Below the pieces are notes generated by a model. It saw nothing but the letters and a program-made list of their open reading frames with translations, made no database searches and had not been told where the DNA came from. The position numbers were made by a program, and so were the translations under genes. From the NCBI GenBank assembly GCA_028534125.1, contig CM052816.1, forward strand, positions 47,308,001-47,372,000: a stretch of DNA of 64,000 nucleotides, given 5' to 3'. Source of the stretch: Lama glama (lineage: Eukaryota). Positions 1 through 11,838 of this stretch are shown here, piece after piece (within the stretch, counting starts at the first letter, position 1; each line of letters begins with the position of its first letter).

Positions 1-461
1 AGCACACTTCTAAAGAAAATGTCATCTCCCTGGTCTTAAATGTTCAGTAGCTTCTATTTCTAGTGAATACAGTCAATCCAGCTGCTTTTTCCCCTTCTGC
101 TTTATTAGTAGAGTGGCTATTTGGTGAATTTGAAACAGATCCAGTTCACCCCTATGTTCACACCTTTGCTCATGACATTTTCTCCTTTTAGAGTCTTTTC
201 TCCTCAAAATCCCTTTGAATACCAACGTAGACAGCAGTGCTCAGCTCTAAAGCTGCCTTCTCTATGAAGTCTTCCCAGCTTCCTTCCATCAGCTGTGATT
301 TCTCTTTTCTCTCAACTTCCTCAGCAGCACTTTCTGTCCACTATAGAACCTGTCCACCCATGGATTTAACATTTGAATTTTAATTAGTCACAAGACCCTA
401 AAAAGGTCCAGTTCAAAGGCATTTTCATCATTGCTGAGGTACAGTCCAAATCTTGTCTCTT

Positions 462-604
462 TTTGTTTGTCTGTTTGTTTTATTTTGTTTTTTTGCAGGG
501 GCAAGTAAATTAGGTTTACTTCTTTAACCAGAGATCTGGGGATTAAACCCAGGACGTCGTGCATGCTAAGCACAAACTCTACTACTGAGCTACACCTCCC
601 CTTG
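462..604 (-). mobile_element. tRNA-derived SINE (camelid Vic-1-like) with 16-bp TSD
   Basis: Core GGGGATTAAACCCAGGACGTCGTGCATGCTAAGC...CTACTGAGCTACACC reads on the minus strand as Pol III A/B boxes. T-rich tail on the left. Perfect TSD CCAAATCTTGTCTCTT at 446-461 and 605-620. Confidence 0.9.
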
Positions 605-1019
605 CCAAATCTTGTCTCTTGCAAAGCTGGGTGTGCAGTAGTGAATTTTCTCACTGGGAAGTGAGTCATGGGCTGCCTAGTATCTAGGCTCCAGCAAGGC
701 TTCACTGTTCTTTCTTTGTTGTAATACAGACAGTAAGTTTTGTGAACTTATTAAAAGCTGTGCTCCTTTGTGGAAAATGGCTGTTAATCGAGAGATAAAA
801 CTTTAGATGAAAGTTGAAAAGGCAGTTAACTTTTGGTTTGAGGAGAGGAACAGGAAATGGGTAATTCTCCAGAAAAATGTGACTAATGAGATTGCCAGGA
901 GCTGGGAAAAATACTTGCATATTCTTGAGCTTGTGGTGTAGACAGTTTCTTATCTTGTATTACAAATATTTATGTACAATACCCCTTGAAGACGGTTAGA
1001 TTTTGGAAGGCAGGGAGTA

Positions 1020-1265
1020 AATCACATGATGTAGTGTGGTGGCTCTGGAGACAGAATTAAAATTAAGTTGTAAGTCTGTCAGCTCCTCAAGACTATGTGA
1101 CCTTTGGGAAGATACTTGACAATGTGAGTCTTTTGTTTCCCCATCCTTAAAGTGATGGTAAAAGTACCCACCTTACAAGGTACTTAGAGTTATTAAGTGG
1201 AAGAATATCTGAAAAAGTGCTATGTGACATGTAAAACTATAGATGGTTAAATAATTACCATTATT
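1020..1265 (+). mobile_element. MIR SINE, flanked by L2 3'-end remnants (about 985-1350)
   Basis: MIR-core-like TATGTGACCTTTGGGAAGATACTT...TTTCCCCATCCTTAAAGTG...GTACCCACCTTACAAGG. L2-type (TGAA)n tail at about 1320-1345. Confidence 0.7.
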
Positions 1266-2548
1266 TATATCCCCGTAACATCTGTCATGAGAGCACACAC
1301 TCAGAAAAGACTTATTTAATGACTGAATGAATGAGTGAATGTGTGAACGAAAAATTAGTACAATGACCTAATTATAAGAATAAAAATACTTGTCTTCCCA
1401 TAACAGAGTCTCTGAGGTTCTAAGGCATTTTATTTGCTTGCATTACCAAAATATGAAAATCAATAAAAATCATTACTGAGAATTAAATACCAGTAGATTA
1501 TATCAACTTTAATATGAAGCTAAATTTCTTCTTTGAAGACCTGGGCTATTCATAAACCTCTGGGGCTGCACTTCCACCACTGACGGCAACATTGGAGTCC
1601 TTCACGTGCACCACAGCTTTGTAGTTCCTGTGGGACTATCCATTATTCCGTGGATCCATTATCGTCTATAATTCTCTTTAAAAACCTAGTAACATTTACT
1701 TTAAGAAGCCTGTGCTATATATTGTCTTCAAACATAACCTTTTCTGCATCTTTCTTGAGTGTTGAGATTTTTAAGCGATCTGGGATCGTTCGACTGGTAG
1801 TTCAGATTCACACCTCTCCAAGCTAAGGAGTTGGGTGCTGTCATCCTGGCTAGGAAGGCATCGGAGACCACAGGAATCCATGGATGGCTTCACACTGCCG
1901 CTGGGCAACCCAGACCTAGCAGGCTGCGATGCCAGTGCTGCCATGAGCTGGTCTGGGTGGGCATTACATGGCATTACATTCTACGACCAACTGTAACAAA
2001 AGAATGACTTTCCTCTTTGTGGAGAACATGCATTAGTCCAGTTAAATAATCTGCAGGCATTTAATTCAATCATAAACTAGTATTTGAGGCAGATCTCAGA
2101 CACTAAGATATTTCTCTTATAAACCCTTTACCACACAGAGTTGGCCTCATCATTGGACATCATTCCTGAGACTCAAGGTGGTTGAAATGGACTTTTTTCC
2201 CTAACAAGTGGTTGATGCTGTCATATCAGTGGGGTCATTAGCTCTTGTCCTGGCTCAGAGATCATAAGCTTGTCATGTACTGTGTTCTCTGCTACTTGCC
2301 GAATACAGAGATGCAGCTTCCCCTCTCTCTGTGCTGGATGTCCTGGCTCTTGCATCTGGAGTTTATGAGTGCCCTAGAGCATTGTGTGTATTTAGGGGTG
2401 GCCTCAGGGAGTATTTGAACAACCTACTGGTCTTTTGACCCAGGCAGACATCACATCAGCTGGGCTGTCCCTGGAAGAGGGACAATGTGTAAGAGAGAGT
2501 GAGTGCAGTGATCTCAGGACCCAAGGTCGGAGCAACCATGTGGGGGGT

Positions 2549-3018
2549 GCAGTCGGCTGAATAAAGGCCTTCCAAAGGTAGGAACATCCTGAGCCCTGGG
2601 ACCATGAATGTTGCCTTAAATTCCAAAAGATGCTTTGAGGATGTAACAGAGTTAAAGATCCTGTGATGGGGAAGTTACCCTGGGTTTTCCAAGGAGGCCC
2701 TAAATATAATCACAAGAGTCCTTATTACAGGGAGGGTGGACGGTCAAAGTGGAAGGTAGTGTGTTGACCGAAGCAGGGAGATTAAGGTGATGTGAGGGAA
2801 GGTATAGCAAGGAATGACAGCCTTCCAAAGCTGGAAAAGGCAAGGAACAGATCCCCCCTTAGAGCCTCCAGAAGAAACTAGCCCAGCTGACACCTTGACT
2901 TTAGCCCCATAAGACTTGTTTGGGACTTATAAATTCCATAATCTAGAATCCATTTGGGTTGTTTTCAGCCACACTGTGTTTGCGGTGATTTGTTACAGCA
3001 GTGATGGGAACTAATACA
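2549..3018 (+). mobile_element. MaLR solo LTR (MLT1C/D-like)
   Basis: TG start, CCCTAAATATAATCACAAG, GCTGGAAAAGGCAAGGAACAGATC, AGAGCCTCCAGAAGAAAC, and terminal TTTGTTACAGCAG...AACTAATACA. Confidence 0.85.
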
Positions 3019-4739
3019 GGCGACCTGGCTTGAGCCTGGGTTTTTGGCAGTGAAGCTTTCTCCTTTCCCAGTCCAGGGCATCCAGCAAGCCTGTGAGCAG
3101 AAGCTCTTTAATTCCCCTCCTGGCTTCAGGCCTCAGGTGTCTGGAGCCCAGCTAGTGAGACCTGTCCTTCATTCTTCCTTTCAGTTTATCTCTTCACGCT
3201 TAAAATAAATTGTTTCCTTCATTTTCTTTCTCCATAGACTTTAATGGCTTATAAAACCTAGGACCAGAATCAATGACAGGAGTTTGTCCTCCTTCCTCAA
3301 ATTCAGGTAGGGTTTAATGTTCAAATTTTGTGGGGTGGAGGGGGGAGAATGGAGATGTGTCTGTCTCATCTTTCTCACGCCGCCGGAGGAAGAAGGTACA
3401 AGTGAAAACAAGAATGCTCCTGTTCTGCCAGTCACGTCCCACAGTTCCTGGGCGGCCTCTCTTCTTTGTTTTTGTGACAGAGCTGGGACCGCTGCTAAGG
3501 TTGTGTGCCCAAACCCTTTCTGGTATGTACTGTGAACTGATAATAAAACAGAAGAGATTCCATACTGTGGGCAGTGTTCTGACAAATTGTTGTCCACCGT
3601 AATTTCTTGTCTGGACAAAACTGAACTGTGGTCTAAGTTTTATGTTGGAAAAATGCATCTAACAACTGATTGCATGTCAAAAGCAAGTATTACCTAAGAG
3701 TTAGAAAACATCTTATCTATCCAAAGCCATAATTTCCACATAAAACTCCTTTCTGAGTTGGTAGCACATAAGTCTGATTAAGGCCTATTTTGCATAAAAG
3801 TGGCTGAGTTATTAAAACTCCATTAATCTAATTTGTTTAAATGGAAGTAGTACCTTATGCCTGAACTTAAACAGAATTTAAATGAAAAGGGAGAAGAAAT
3901 CTTATTCGATATAATTAAGATGGCAGACCCAGTCATTTATAAGAAAAGACGTAAAGTCAACAGAAGAAATCCTGTGGTATAGTGTTTGGCTTTGAAAATG
4001 CTAAATAAATGGAAAATAGCTAATGGCAACAATAATAGATGCGTGATGTTTATTCAGAATCTTCAAATGCAAAATTTCCCCTATCTACCTCCTTTTTTCT
4101 TATCGAAGTACATCTCACTAAAACACATAAATGAGTCTCTTTTTATATTCTAGGCTGTGGCCTATGGTGCTAACTCCTGGGAGCCTTTAGTGCAACCGAA
4201 AGAAAACTGTCAGTAACATACATACATCTAAATGCTGCCAATTTGAAACGTTATTACTGGAAGCCATAGGCTCTGGAATTATCCTTGTCGGATCTAAGAA
4301 AGCAGCCAACCTTCCCAGCAGTCCCTTTTGCATCTCTGAACTTGGGTATCACTGCATTTCTAGGGCTGGAAGCAATGGTGTGACAATTGCAGGGTGCTCC
4401 CTCCTCTCTTTAATTCTGTTTCTAAGGGTCGGGGTGACCTACAGTGTGACAAAATAAGCTAGTCATTCAGTTGAGCCAGGTGTCCTTTGAGAAGCTAAGA
4501 AAAGGAATAACAGTGTCACGAAGTCATTAATGTACCATATATTATAAGCCATAAATGACAGCTCTGTGTGAGACTGTCCTGCTTGGGCATCTGTCACTTT
4601 GTGCTGGAATCATCCCAGAGCAGGCAGGAACCGGCATCTCACCAAACATTTGCATCATCAGGTAGAAAACCCAGGGTCCATGGACCTAAAAACTGGAGTG
4701 GGTCTAAGAGAGTTGATTAAAAATGGAAAGAAGAAAGTA

Positions 4740-4800
4740 TCTCTATCTCTGTATCTATTATCTCTCTCTCTTTCTTTCTCTCTCTCTCTCCCCCTCTCTA
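4740..4800. repeat. (CT)-rich low-complexity microsatellite
   Basis: TCTCTATCTCTGTATCT...TCTCTCTCTCTTTCTTTCTCTCTCTCTCTC. Confidence 0.8.
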
Positions 4801-5577
4801 TTTATCGTGCTTCTTTGATTTGGGAGATAAGATCCTTCACACAGTACCATCACTACCAGGCTATATTAAAAAAATTAAAATGTTGTGAACAAATGAAATT
4901 TTCTCTAGTGTTGAATGGTCAAAGGCCTACCAAATCCTGCTCATCATGTCTCCCAGTCTGTGATAAGAAATTAACATAGAAACAAAACCAAAACAAAAGT
5001 AAATGGCAGACTACCCATCTAATATTGGAGTTGGTTGATCCTATCAGCTCCTGAAACCCTCTAGTCACTAACTTCTGTTTTCTAATAACTGCCAAATTGC
5101 CAGATATTGATTAAATGACCCCTAGTTACCTTTCTCACTCAAAATCTTGATTTGATGTCTAGTGAGCCTCTGTGACATTTTCTTGCTGACTTCTCATCTG
5201 TTCTCTGCACGTTATCCAGGCACAGACTGTTTCTCTTCTGCTTTTTCCTCCATCTCTAGCCAGATCTTTCCCCAGGAATGATCCCTACCAGCTGAATTCT
5301 CCCTGGAGTCTGTGGTATAGGCTTAATGATGCTCAAAGATTGGGGTAGCAGTGAACTTCGAGGAGACAGTAGGTTCCAGGGGGTGTTGCTAGTTCTAACC
5401 TATCAAAGAGCTCTGGGGTATCCTAATCTTGGAGTATGCTTGCCTAAACTCCCAGAATGCTTTCTCTCAATTAAACTTTTGTGACTTTTAAATACTGTTT
5501 TATTTTATGAGAATTATGTGTAGAACAAATCTCAAGTACTTTCTAAAACAGCTTCTTGAGTCTAGTTACTTGTGCTG

Positions 5578-5890
5578 CATATCAGTCAGGATAGATTGGG
5601 CTGTAGTAACAATCATCCCCCAAATCTCAATGGCTTGAAGCAACAAAGTCTTATTTTTTCAATCATGCAACATGTGTGTCATGGGTTGGTAAGGGGCTCT
5701 TCTTTTCAGGGTCACTCAGGGACCCAGATGACTGGAGCTCTGTTGTGACAGGTGCTACTAGGTTGCGTTTGGTCAAGAGAATGTGGTGGTTTGTGTACCA
5801 GCTTGCAAATCACATTTAACTGGCCAAAGCAGGTCCAGGTCATGCCTGCTTTGTGAATCGGAATGTTTGTAAATAACGCTAATGAGTCCC
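5578..5890 (-). mobile_element. Old MaLR LTR (MLT1K/L-like)
   Basis: ATCAGTCAGGATAGATTGGGCTGTAGTAACAA...CCCCAAATCTCAATGGCTTGAAGCAACAAAGTCTTATT matches the reverse 3' end of old MLT1 LTRs. Confidence 0.65.
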
Positions 5891-5949
5891 AGTAGTAAAC
5901 TTTGCTTTTTTGTGTTAGCAGGTCCTATACCTTATGGTCTGTGATTTTC

Positions 5950-7240
5950 CCATTTTTATGAAACCTGTCTATATCCTCTCTCTCTTTCTCAGAACTGCTC
6001 TTTCTATCTCTTTTCTATAAAGGAAACTGCCTTTCTCATTAATGATGTTACTCTCCATGAAACTCCTCCCAGTCCAGACTTCACCTTTTCTTTCCTTTAT
6101 CACCATCACAGGGAACAATGAAAGGGTCAGCATTCTTTGTTTTCCAGTGCCAATTCTATATTGTTCTTCTGGCTGTTGAAATTCAGCAATTCTCTCCTCT
6201 ATTCAGCTGATTCACATCTCCCTTTCTCCCTTCCTCTAGCCTAGCTGCTATGGCATACTAAGCCCTGAGGTCCTTTTTTCCCTTGGTCACCAAATTTAAC
6301 CTTATCCGTCACTTATTATCATGTCAGTGACTCCGCGGCTCCTTATCTCCTTGACATCAATGATCCTCAACTCTGCTCCATCCTTGGATCTCATCATCTA
6401 TCTCCACAGTCTCCAGTTCTGAGTATCTTGCCTCTCACCATCATGTCTTTAATGCCAGTTATTCGAGATTTGTTATTCATACTGACCCTGATCTTCACTT
6501 TCATCACAACCCTGCCTCTGCTGTTTTCCCTTCTGTCTGTCAGAGTCTCTCTGACTTCATTTCTTTCCCATCAATCCTGCTTCCCATGGGCAGCCAACTC
6601 AGCAGTGCCTCTGCTTATTCCCTAAAATTCCCCACTGACCTTGAACTTTCAGTTGCTTCCTTGCTGGGCTGCTGAGTGCTGCAAGAGAAAGCGGTACTGA
6701 CTGAGTCTGCCACAAATTCATGCTCCCTCACTTTAACCGAGCCGTCATTTCTGCTCAGCACTTCTTTTATTCATCTCTTGCTGACTCACTGCTCATCCCA
6801 CACAGCAGTTTTTCCAAACATTTTTAACTCTCTTTAAGATTCAAGTCCCGCTCCAGATATGGCCCCAAAATACCTTTCCTATTTCATCTCTCACTTCTCC
6901 CCAAATGCTCTTTGCCTTGTGCTTTCTAAACCCTTACATACCATCCTCCCTTATCTTCAATGGAAATGCCACCTAATTTCCACAGGTTTTTCTCCTCTGA
7001 GAAGGGTCTTGATTTGTTGTAAACATCCATGGGATTTTTATTACCGCTTATGGGACTTAGCAAATACTGCCTTACACCAAGTACTTGTACACATGTATCA
7101 TCTCCCCAGTTTTATTTTATGTTCCTTGAGAGTAGAAACTGTGATGGTTTGTACACTTAGTGTTTATAGATAGTATGTTGCCCTCAGTAGATAGAAGATT
7201 AGTTGATGTTTGGTGAATGTATTGGAGAAATGAATGTCAG
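5950..7240 (+). mobile_element. Degenerate L2 LINE fragments
   Basis: C/T-rich decayed ORF2-like sequence ending in an L2 3' signature (GTTCCTTGAGAGTAGAAACT...GTTTGGTGAATG...AATGAATG). Confidence 0.55.
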
Positions 7241-8840
7241 GTGGCTGGAAAATAGATCTCCCCCCTTCTTATCTGGAAAGGAGTAAAAGTAATATTAAAG
7301 GTAATATATTTTCCATCTATTTTTATTATTTAAATTTTAATGTCACAGTTGCAGTTTTGGAAGTGAGTACTGATAGACTGAACATATTTGGAGAGTAGTA
7401 AAAGTTATATGAAGGAATCTAGTTCATGTCATGTTCTTGAATGTTGTTTTTTTCTGTGCTGATTAATTAAGATGGATATTTCATTTCACTTTATTTTTAA
7501 TCTATATATTTAATATCTGAATCAATAAAGATGATAGCTTATATGTAGAATTTTGTCTTACAGCAAGCTGCTTTGAGTTCTGGTCTTCTGAAATATTTTG
7601 TTTAAAAGTTGAAACTACCTATCTGGGATTTGCATGTCATACTCTATCACAGCCTGAATGTGGAACTATTGGAGAGAGAAGACAAAAGGTAGTCAGCAGA
7701 GAGCCCAAGGTCCCCTTTCTCATCGCTAAAGCTGATGTTGGAGAATGTGAGCAACAGTGGGATTCCTGTTGTCATCCTACACGTCAGACCTGCCCATCTG
7801 CGCCAGAAGGAGCAGGCCTCCCCATGTGGGGGCCGCCCCTGGACAACTCCCAGCCTGGAGGGGCAGAGCAGCAGGCAAGCTTCCTGTGTTAGGGAAGAGC
7901 TACCTCTGTCTCTGATCTCTCCCTGTACCTGCAACGAGGTAGGTTTCTCTACATGGTGAGAAAGCAAGGTAGAACAAGAAGATATGAGTGGTTGGGGAAA
8001 GCCCTTCCTCGTGGAAACCAGAAAGAGGTAAGAGCATTCCTATGTAGCACTTCTGAACATGATGACATGATGTGTGCACCTGTAAGATGATTGTTGGTCA
8101 TTAATGATGAGCAGTTAAGTCATTTCTGTCCTTGTCTTGGGTGACACGTCCTCTTTTCCTTTTTTTTTTAATTTGAAGTATTGTCAGTTACAATATAACA
8201 ATTTCTGGTGTACAGCATCATGTTTCAGTCATACATATATTTGTTTTCAGTCTTTTTCATTATAGGTTACTACAAAATATTAAATATAGTTCCCTATGCT
8301 ATACAGAAGAAATCTGTGTTTTTTAATCTATTTTATATGGAGTAGTTAATATTTGCAAATCTCGAACTCTCAGTCTATCCCTTCCCACTACCTTTCTCCC
8401 TGGTAACCATGATTGTTTACTATGTCTGTGAGTCTACTTCTGTTTTGTAGATGAGTTCATTAGTGTCTTCTTTTTTCTTTCTTATTTAGATTCCACATAT
8501 GAGTGATATCACATGGTATTTTTCTTTCTCTTTCTGGCTTATGGGAGTGACATTCTCCAGGGACATCCACGTTGCTGCAGATGGCATTATTTTATTCTTT
8601 TTTATGGCTGAGTAGTATCCTACTGCATATATATATATCCAGTCATCTGTCTATGGACACTTAAGTTGTCTCCATGTCTTGGCTGTTGTAAATAGTGCTG
8701 CTATGAACATTGGGGTGCATGTATCTTTTCGAATTAGAGTTTCCTCTGGATATATGCCCAGGAGTGAGATTGCTGGATCATATGGTAATTCTGTTTTTAG
8801 TTTTTTGAGAAATACTATTTCCATACTATTTGATTAATGG

Positions 8841-9586
8841 CTACACCAAACTGCATTCCCTCCAACAGTGTAAGAGGGTTCCCTTTTCTGCACACCCTCT
8901 CCAGCATTTATCATTTGTAAACTTTTGAGTGATGGCCATTCTGCCTGGTGTGAAGTGATACCTCATTGTAGTTTTGACTTGCATTTCTCTGATAATTAGC
9001 AATACTGAGCATTTTTTCATGTGCCTATTGGCCATTTGTATGTCTTCACTGGAGAACTGCTTGCTTGGAGAAAGTGCCCGCTGTGATGTTGTCTGTCACT
9101 TGTTATTCAGGCTTACTTAGTACACTTTGTTGATGCTGCCCTTGTCTCCACCTCAGCCATGGAATGTCAGGTCTTCTGCCATTTTTGGATTGGGTTGTTT
9201 GTATCTTTTGTTATTAAGTTGTGTGAGCTGTTTATATATTCTGGAATTAAGCCCTTGTCAGTCGCATCGTTTTAAATTATTTTCTCTCATTCCGTAGGTT
9301 GTCTTTTTGTTTTGCTGATGGTTTCCTTTGCTGTGCAAAAGCTTATAAATTTAATTAGGTCCTATTTGTTAATTTTTGCTTTTATTTCTATTTCTTGGGT
9401 AGACTCCCCTAGAAGAACTTTGCTAAAACTTATGTCAAAAAATGTTTTGCCCATATTTTCTTCTAGGAAGTTTATAGTATTTTGTCTTATGTTTAAGTCT
9501 TTAAGCCATTTTGAGTTTATTTTTGTGTATGGTGTGAGGGAATATTCTAACTTCATTGATTTACATGCAGCTGTCCACTTTCCCAA
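8841..9586 (-). pseudogene. L1 ORF2 C-terminal remnants (interrupted)
   Basis: LTPYTKINSKWLKDLN (9362-9586) and [10 protein letters not shown]...TTMRYH...[18 protein letters not shown] (8841-9035; Cys-rich domain). Confidence 0.9.
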
Positions 9587-9854
9587 TGTGACTTGCTGAA
9601 GAAAATATCTTTGTGTATTCTTGCTCCTTTGTTGAAGATTAATTGACTATAAATGTGTGGGTTTCTTTCTGGGCTCTCTATTCTGTTCCATTGGTCTGTA
9701 TGTCTGTTTTTATGCCAATACCATGCCATTTTGATTCCTACAGCTCTGTAGTATTGTCTGAAATCTGAGAGGGTTAGTCATCTAGCTTTGTTCTTTTTCT
9801 TCAGTATTACTTTGGAAATTCTGGATCTTTTGTGATTTTATATAAGTTTTAGGA

Positions 9855-10589
9855 TTATTTGTCTGGTTCTTTGAAAAATGTCATGGGTGATTTGATAGGG
9901 ATCACATTACATATGTAGATTGCTTTGGGTAGTATGGCCATTTTAACAATATTAATTCTTCCCATCCAAGAGCCTGTGATATCTTTCCATTTCTTTAAGT
10001 CATCTTTAATTTCCTTAATCAATGTTTTGTTGTTATCTGTGTGTAAGTCTTTTACCTCCTTGGTCAGATTTATTCCTAAGTATTTTATTTTTGGGGGTGT
10101 GATTTTAAAAGGGATTGTTTCTTTAGTTTTCTTTTCTGATATTTCATTATTAATGTAAAGAAATGCAACTGATTTCTGTATGTTAAACTTGTATTCTGCT
10201 ATCTTTCCATATTCTAGTAAGTTTTGTGTGGAGCCTTTAGAGTTTTCTATATATAGTATCATGTCATCTGCATATAGTGACAGTTTTATCTCTTCTCTTC
10301 CAATTTGGATCTCTTTCATTTCTTTATTTTGTCTAATTGGTATAGCTAGGACTTCCAATACTATGTTGAATAGAAGAGGTGAGAGTGGACATCCTTGTCT
10401 TTTTTCAGATTTGAGCAGGAAGGCTTTCAACTTTGCACCATTGAGTATTATGTTGGCTGTGGGTTTGTCATAAATAGCTTTTGTTATGTTGAGATATGTT
10501 CCCTCTATACCCACTTTGGTAAGAGTTTTTATCAAAAATGAGTGTTGAATTTTACTAAATGCTTTTTCTGCATATATTGAGATGATCAT
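9855..10589 (-). pseudogene. L1 ORF2 reverse-transcriptase remnant
   Basis: [16 protein letters not shown]...[19 protein letters not shown]...LYADDMILY...KYLGINLT, i.e. RT motifs including the YADD catalytic site. Confidence 0.95.
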
Positions 10590-11045
10590 GTGAGTTGTTC
10601 ATAATATTCTTTTATGGTTTTTTATATTTATGTGGACTTGGCTATAATTTCTCCATTTTCCTTTTTTATTTTGTTTATTTGTGTCCTCTCTCTTTTATTC
10701 TTGGTGAGCCTGGCTGGAGGTTTGTTGATTTTGTTTACTCTTTAAAAAAGCCAGCTCTTGGTATGATAGATATTTTTTCTGTTTTTTTTTTAATTTCTCT
10801 TTTCTAATATTATAATATTATATATTATAGGTTTTGTTTGTTCTTTTTCTATTTCTTTTAGGTGGTTGGTTAGATTGTTTATTTGAGATTGTTCTTGCTT
10901 TTTGAGGAAAGCCTGTATTGCTATGAACTTCCCTATTAGGACTGCTTTTGCTGTATCCCATAGATTCTGTGTTGTGTTTTTATTGTCATTTGTCTCAAGG
11001 TTTTTAAATTTCTTCTTTGATTTCATCATTGAAACTTTTTTTTTT

Positions 11046-11838
11046 TTAGTAGCACATTATTTTTCTTAATTTTCCCCCCCTGTGGTTGATTTCTACTTTC
11101 ATGCCATTGTGGCCAGAAAAGATGCTTGAAATAATTTCTATCTGCTTAAATTTGTTGTGGCTTCTTTTGTGCCCAAGTATGTGGTCTATCCTAGAAAGTG
11201 TTCCATGTGCATTTGAAAAGAATGTAAATTCTGTTTTTTTATCTTTAACTTTGGCCATCTTAATTATAATGTCTTGGTTTAGTCTGTTTTGGTTCTTCTC
11301 TTTTGGGACCCTCTGTGCTTCCTGTACTTGGATATCTGTTTCCTTCTTTAGGTTTGGGAAGTTTTCAGTCATGATTTCTTCAAATACTTTTTCAATCCCC
11401 TTTTCTCTTTCTGGGACCTCTATTACACGTAGATTGGCATGCTTTGTATTATTCCATAGGTCCCATAAAAATTGCTTACATTGGTTTTTCATTTGCTTTT
11501 CTGTCTGCTGTTCTGATTGGGTGATTTCTGTTATCCTGTCTTCTAAATCACTTATTCATTCTTCTGTATTATTTAGTCTGCTTTTTGACTGCCTTAAGCC
11601 CAGATTTTATCTCCGCAATCGAGTTTTCTGATTTTAATTGGCTCCTCTTTATGGTTTCTATTTCCTTTTTTATCGTATTCTGCATTTCTATTGATAATCT
11701 CTCTTATTTCCATCAGTGCTTTTATTACCTCCTTTTTGAAGTCTGGATCTAGTAGACTGTAAAGGTCATTTCATTGTTCGTTCTTTCAGGGGACTTCTCT
11801 TGTTCTTTCAATTGGAAGTGGCTCCTCTGCTTCTTCAT
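11046..11838 (-). pseudogene. L1 ORF1 remnant (frameshifted), fused in frame to the C-terminal part of the ORF2 endonuclease
   Basis: ATG at 11838 gives MKKQRSHFQLKEQEKSPER, then a frameshift. ORF 11046-11492 reads LWDLWNNTKHANLRVIEVPE...ENFPNL...IIIKMAKVKDK (ORF1) directly into EFTFFSNAHGTLSRIDHILGHK...SGHNGMKVEIN (endonuclease). Confidence 0.9.

Noticed and set aside
7018..7035. miR-30-like TGTAAACATCC
   Set aside because: The match ends after 11 nt, inside decayed L2 sequence, with no hairpin.
10590..11240. Splicing as the cause of the L1 internal deletions
   Set aside because: As far as I can reconstruct the deleted ends from remembered L1 sequence, the joints show short A-rich microhomology rather than GT-AG boundaries. 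This needs a consensus alignment to confirm.
11086..11631. 181-aa hydrophobic plus-strand ORF and other antisense ORFs over the L1
   Set aside because: Antisense shadow of A-rich L1 coding sequence; the T-rich strand naturally gives Phe/Leu/Ser-rich frames.
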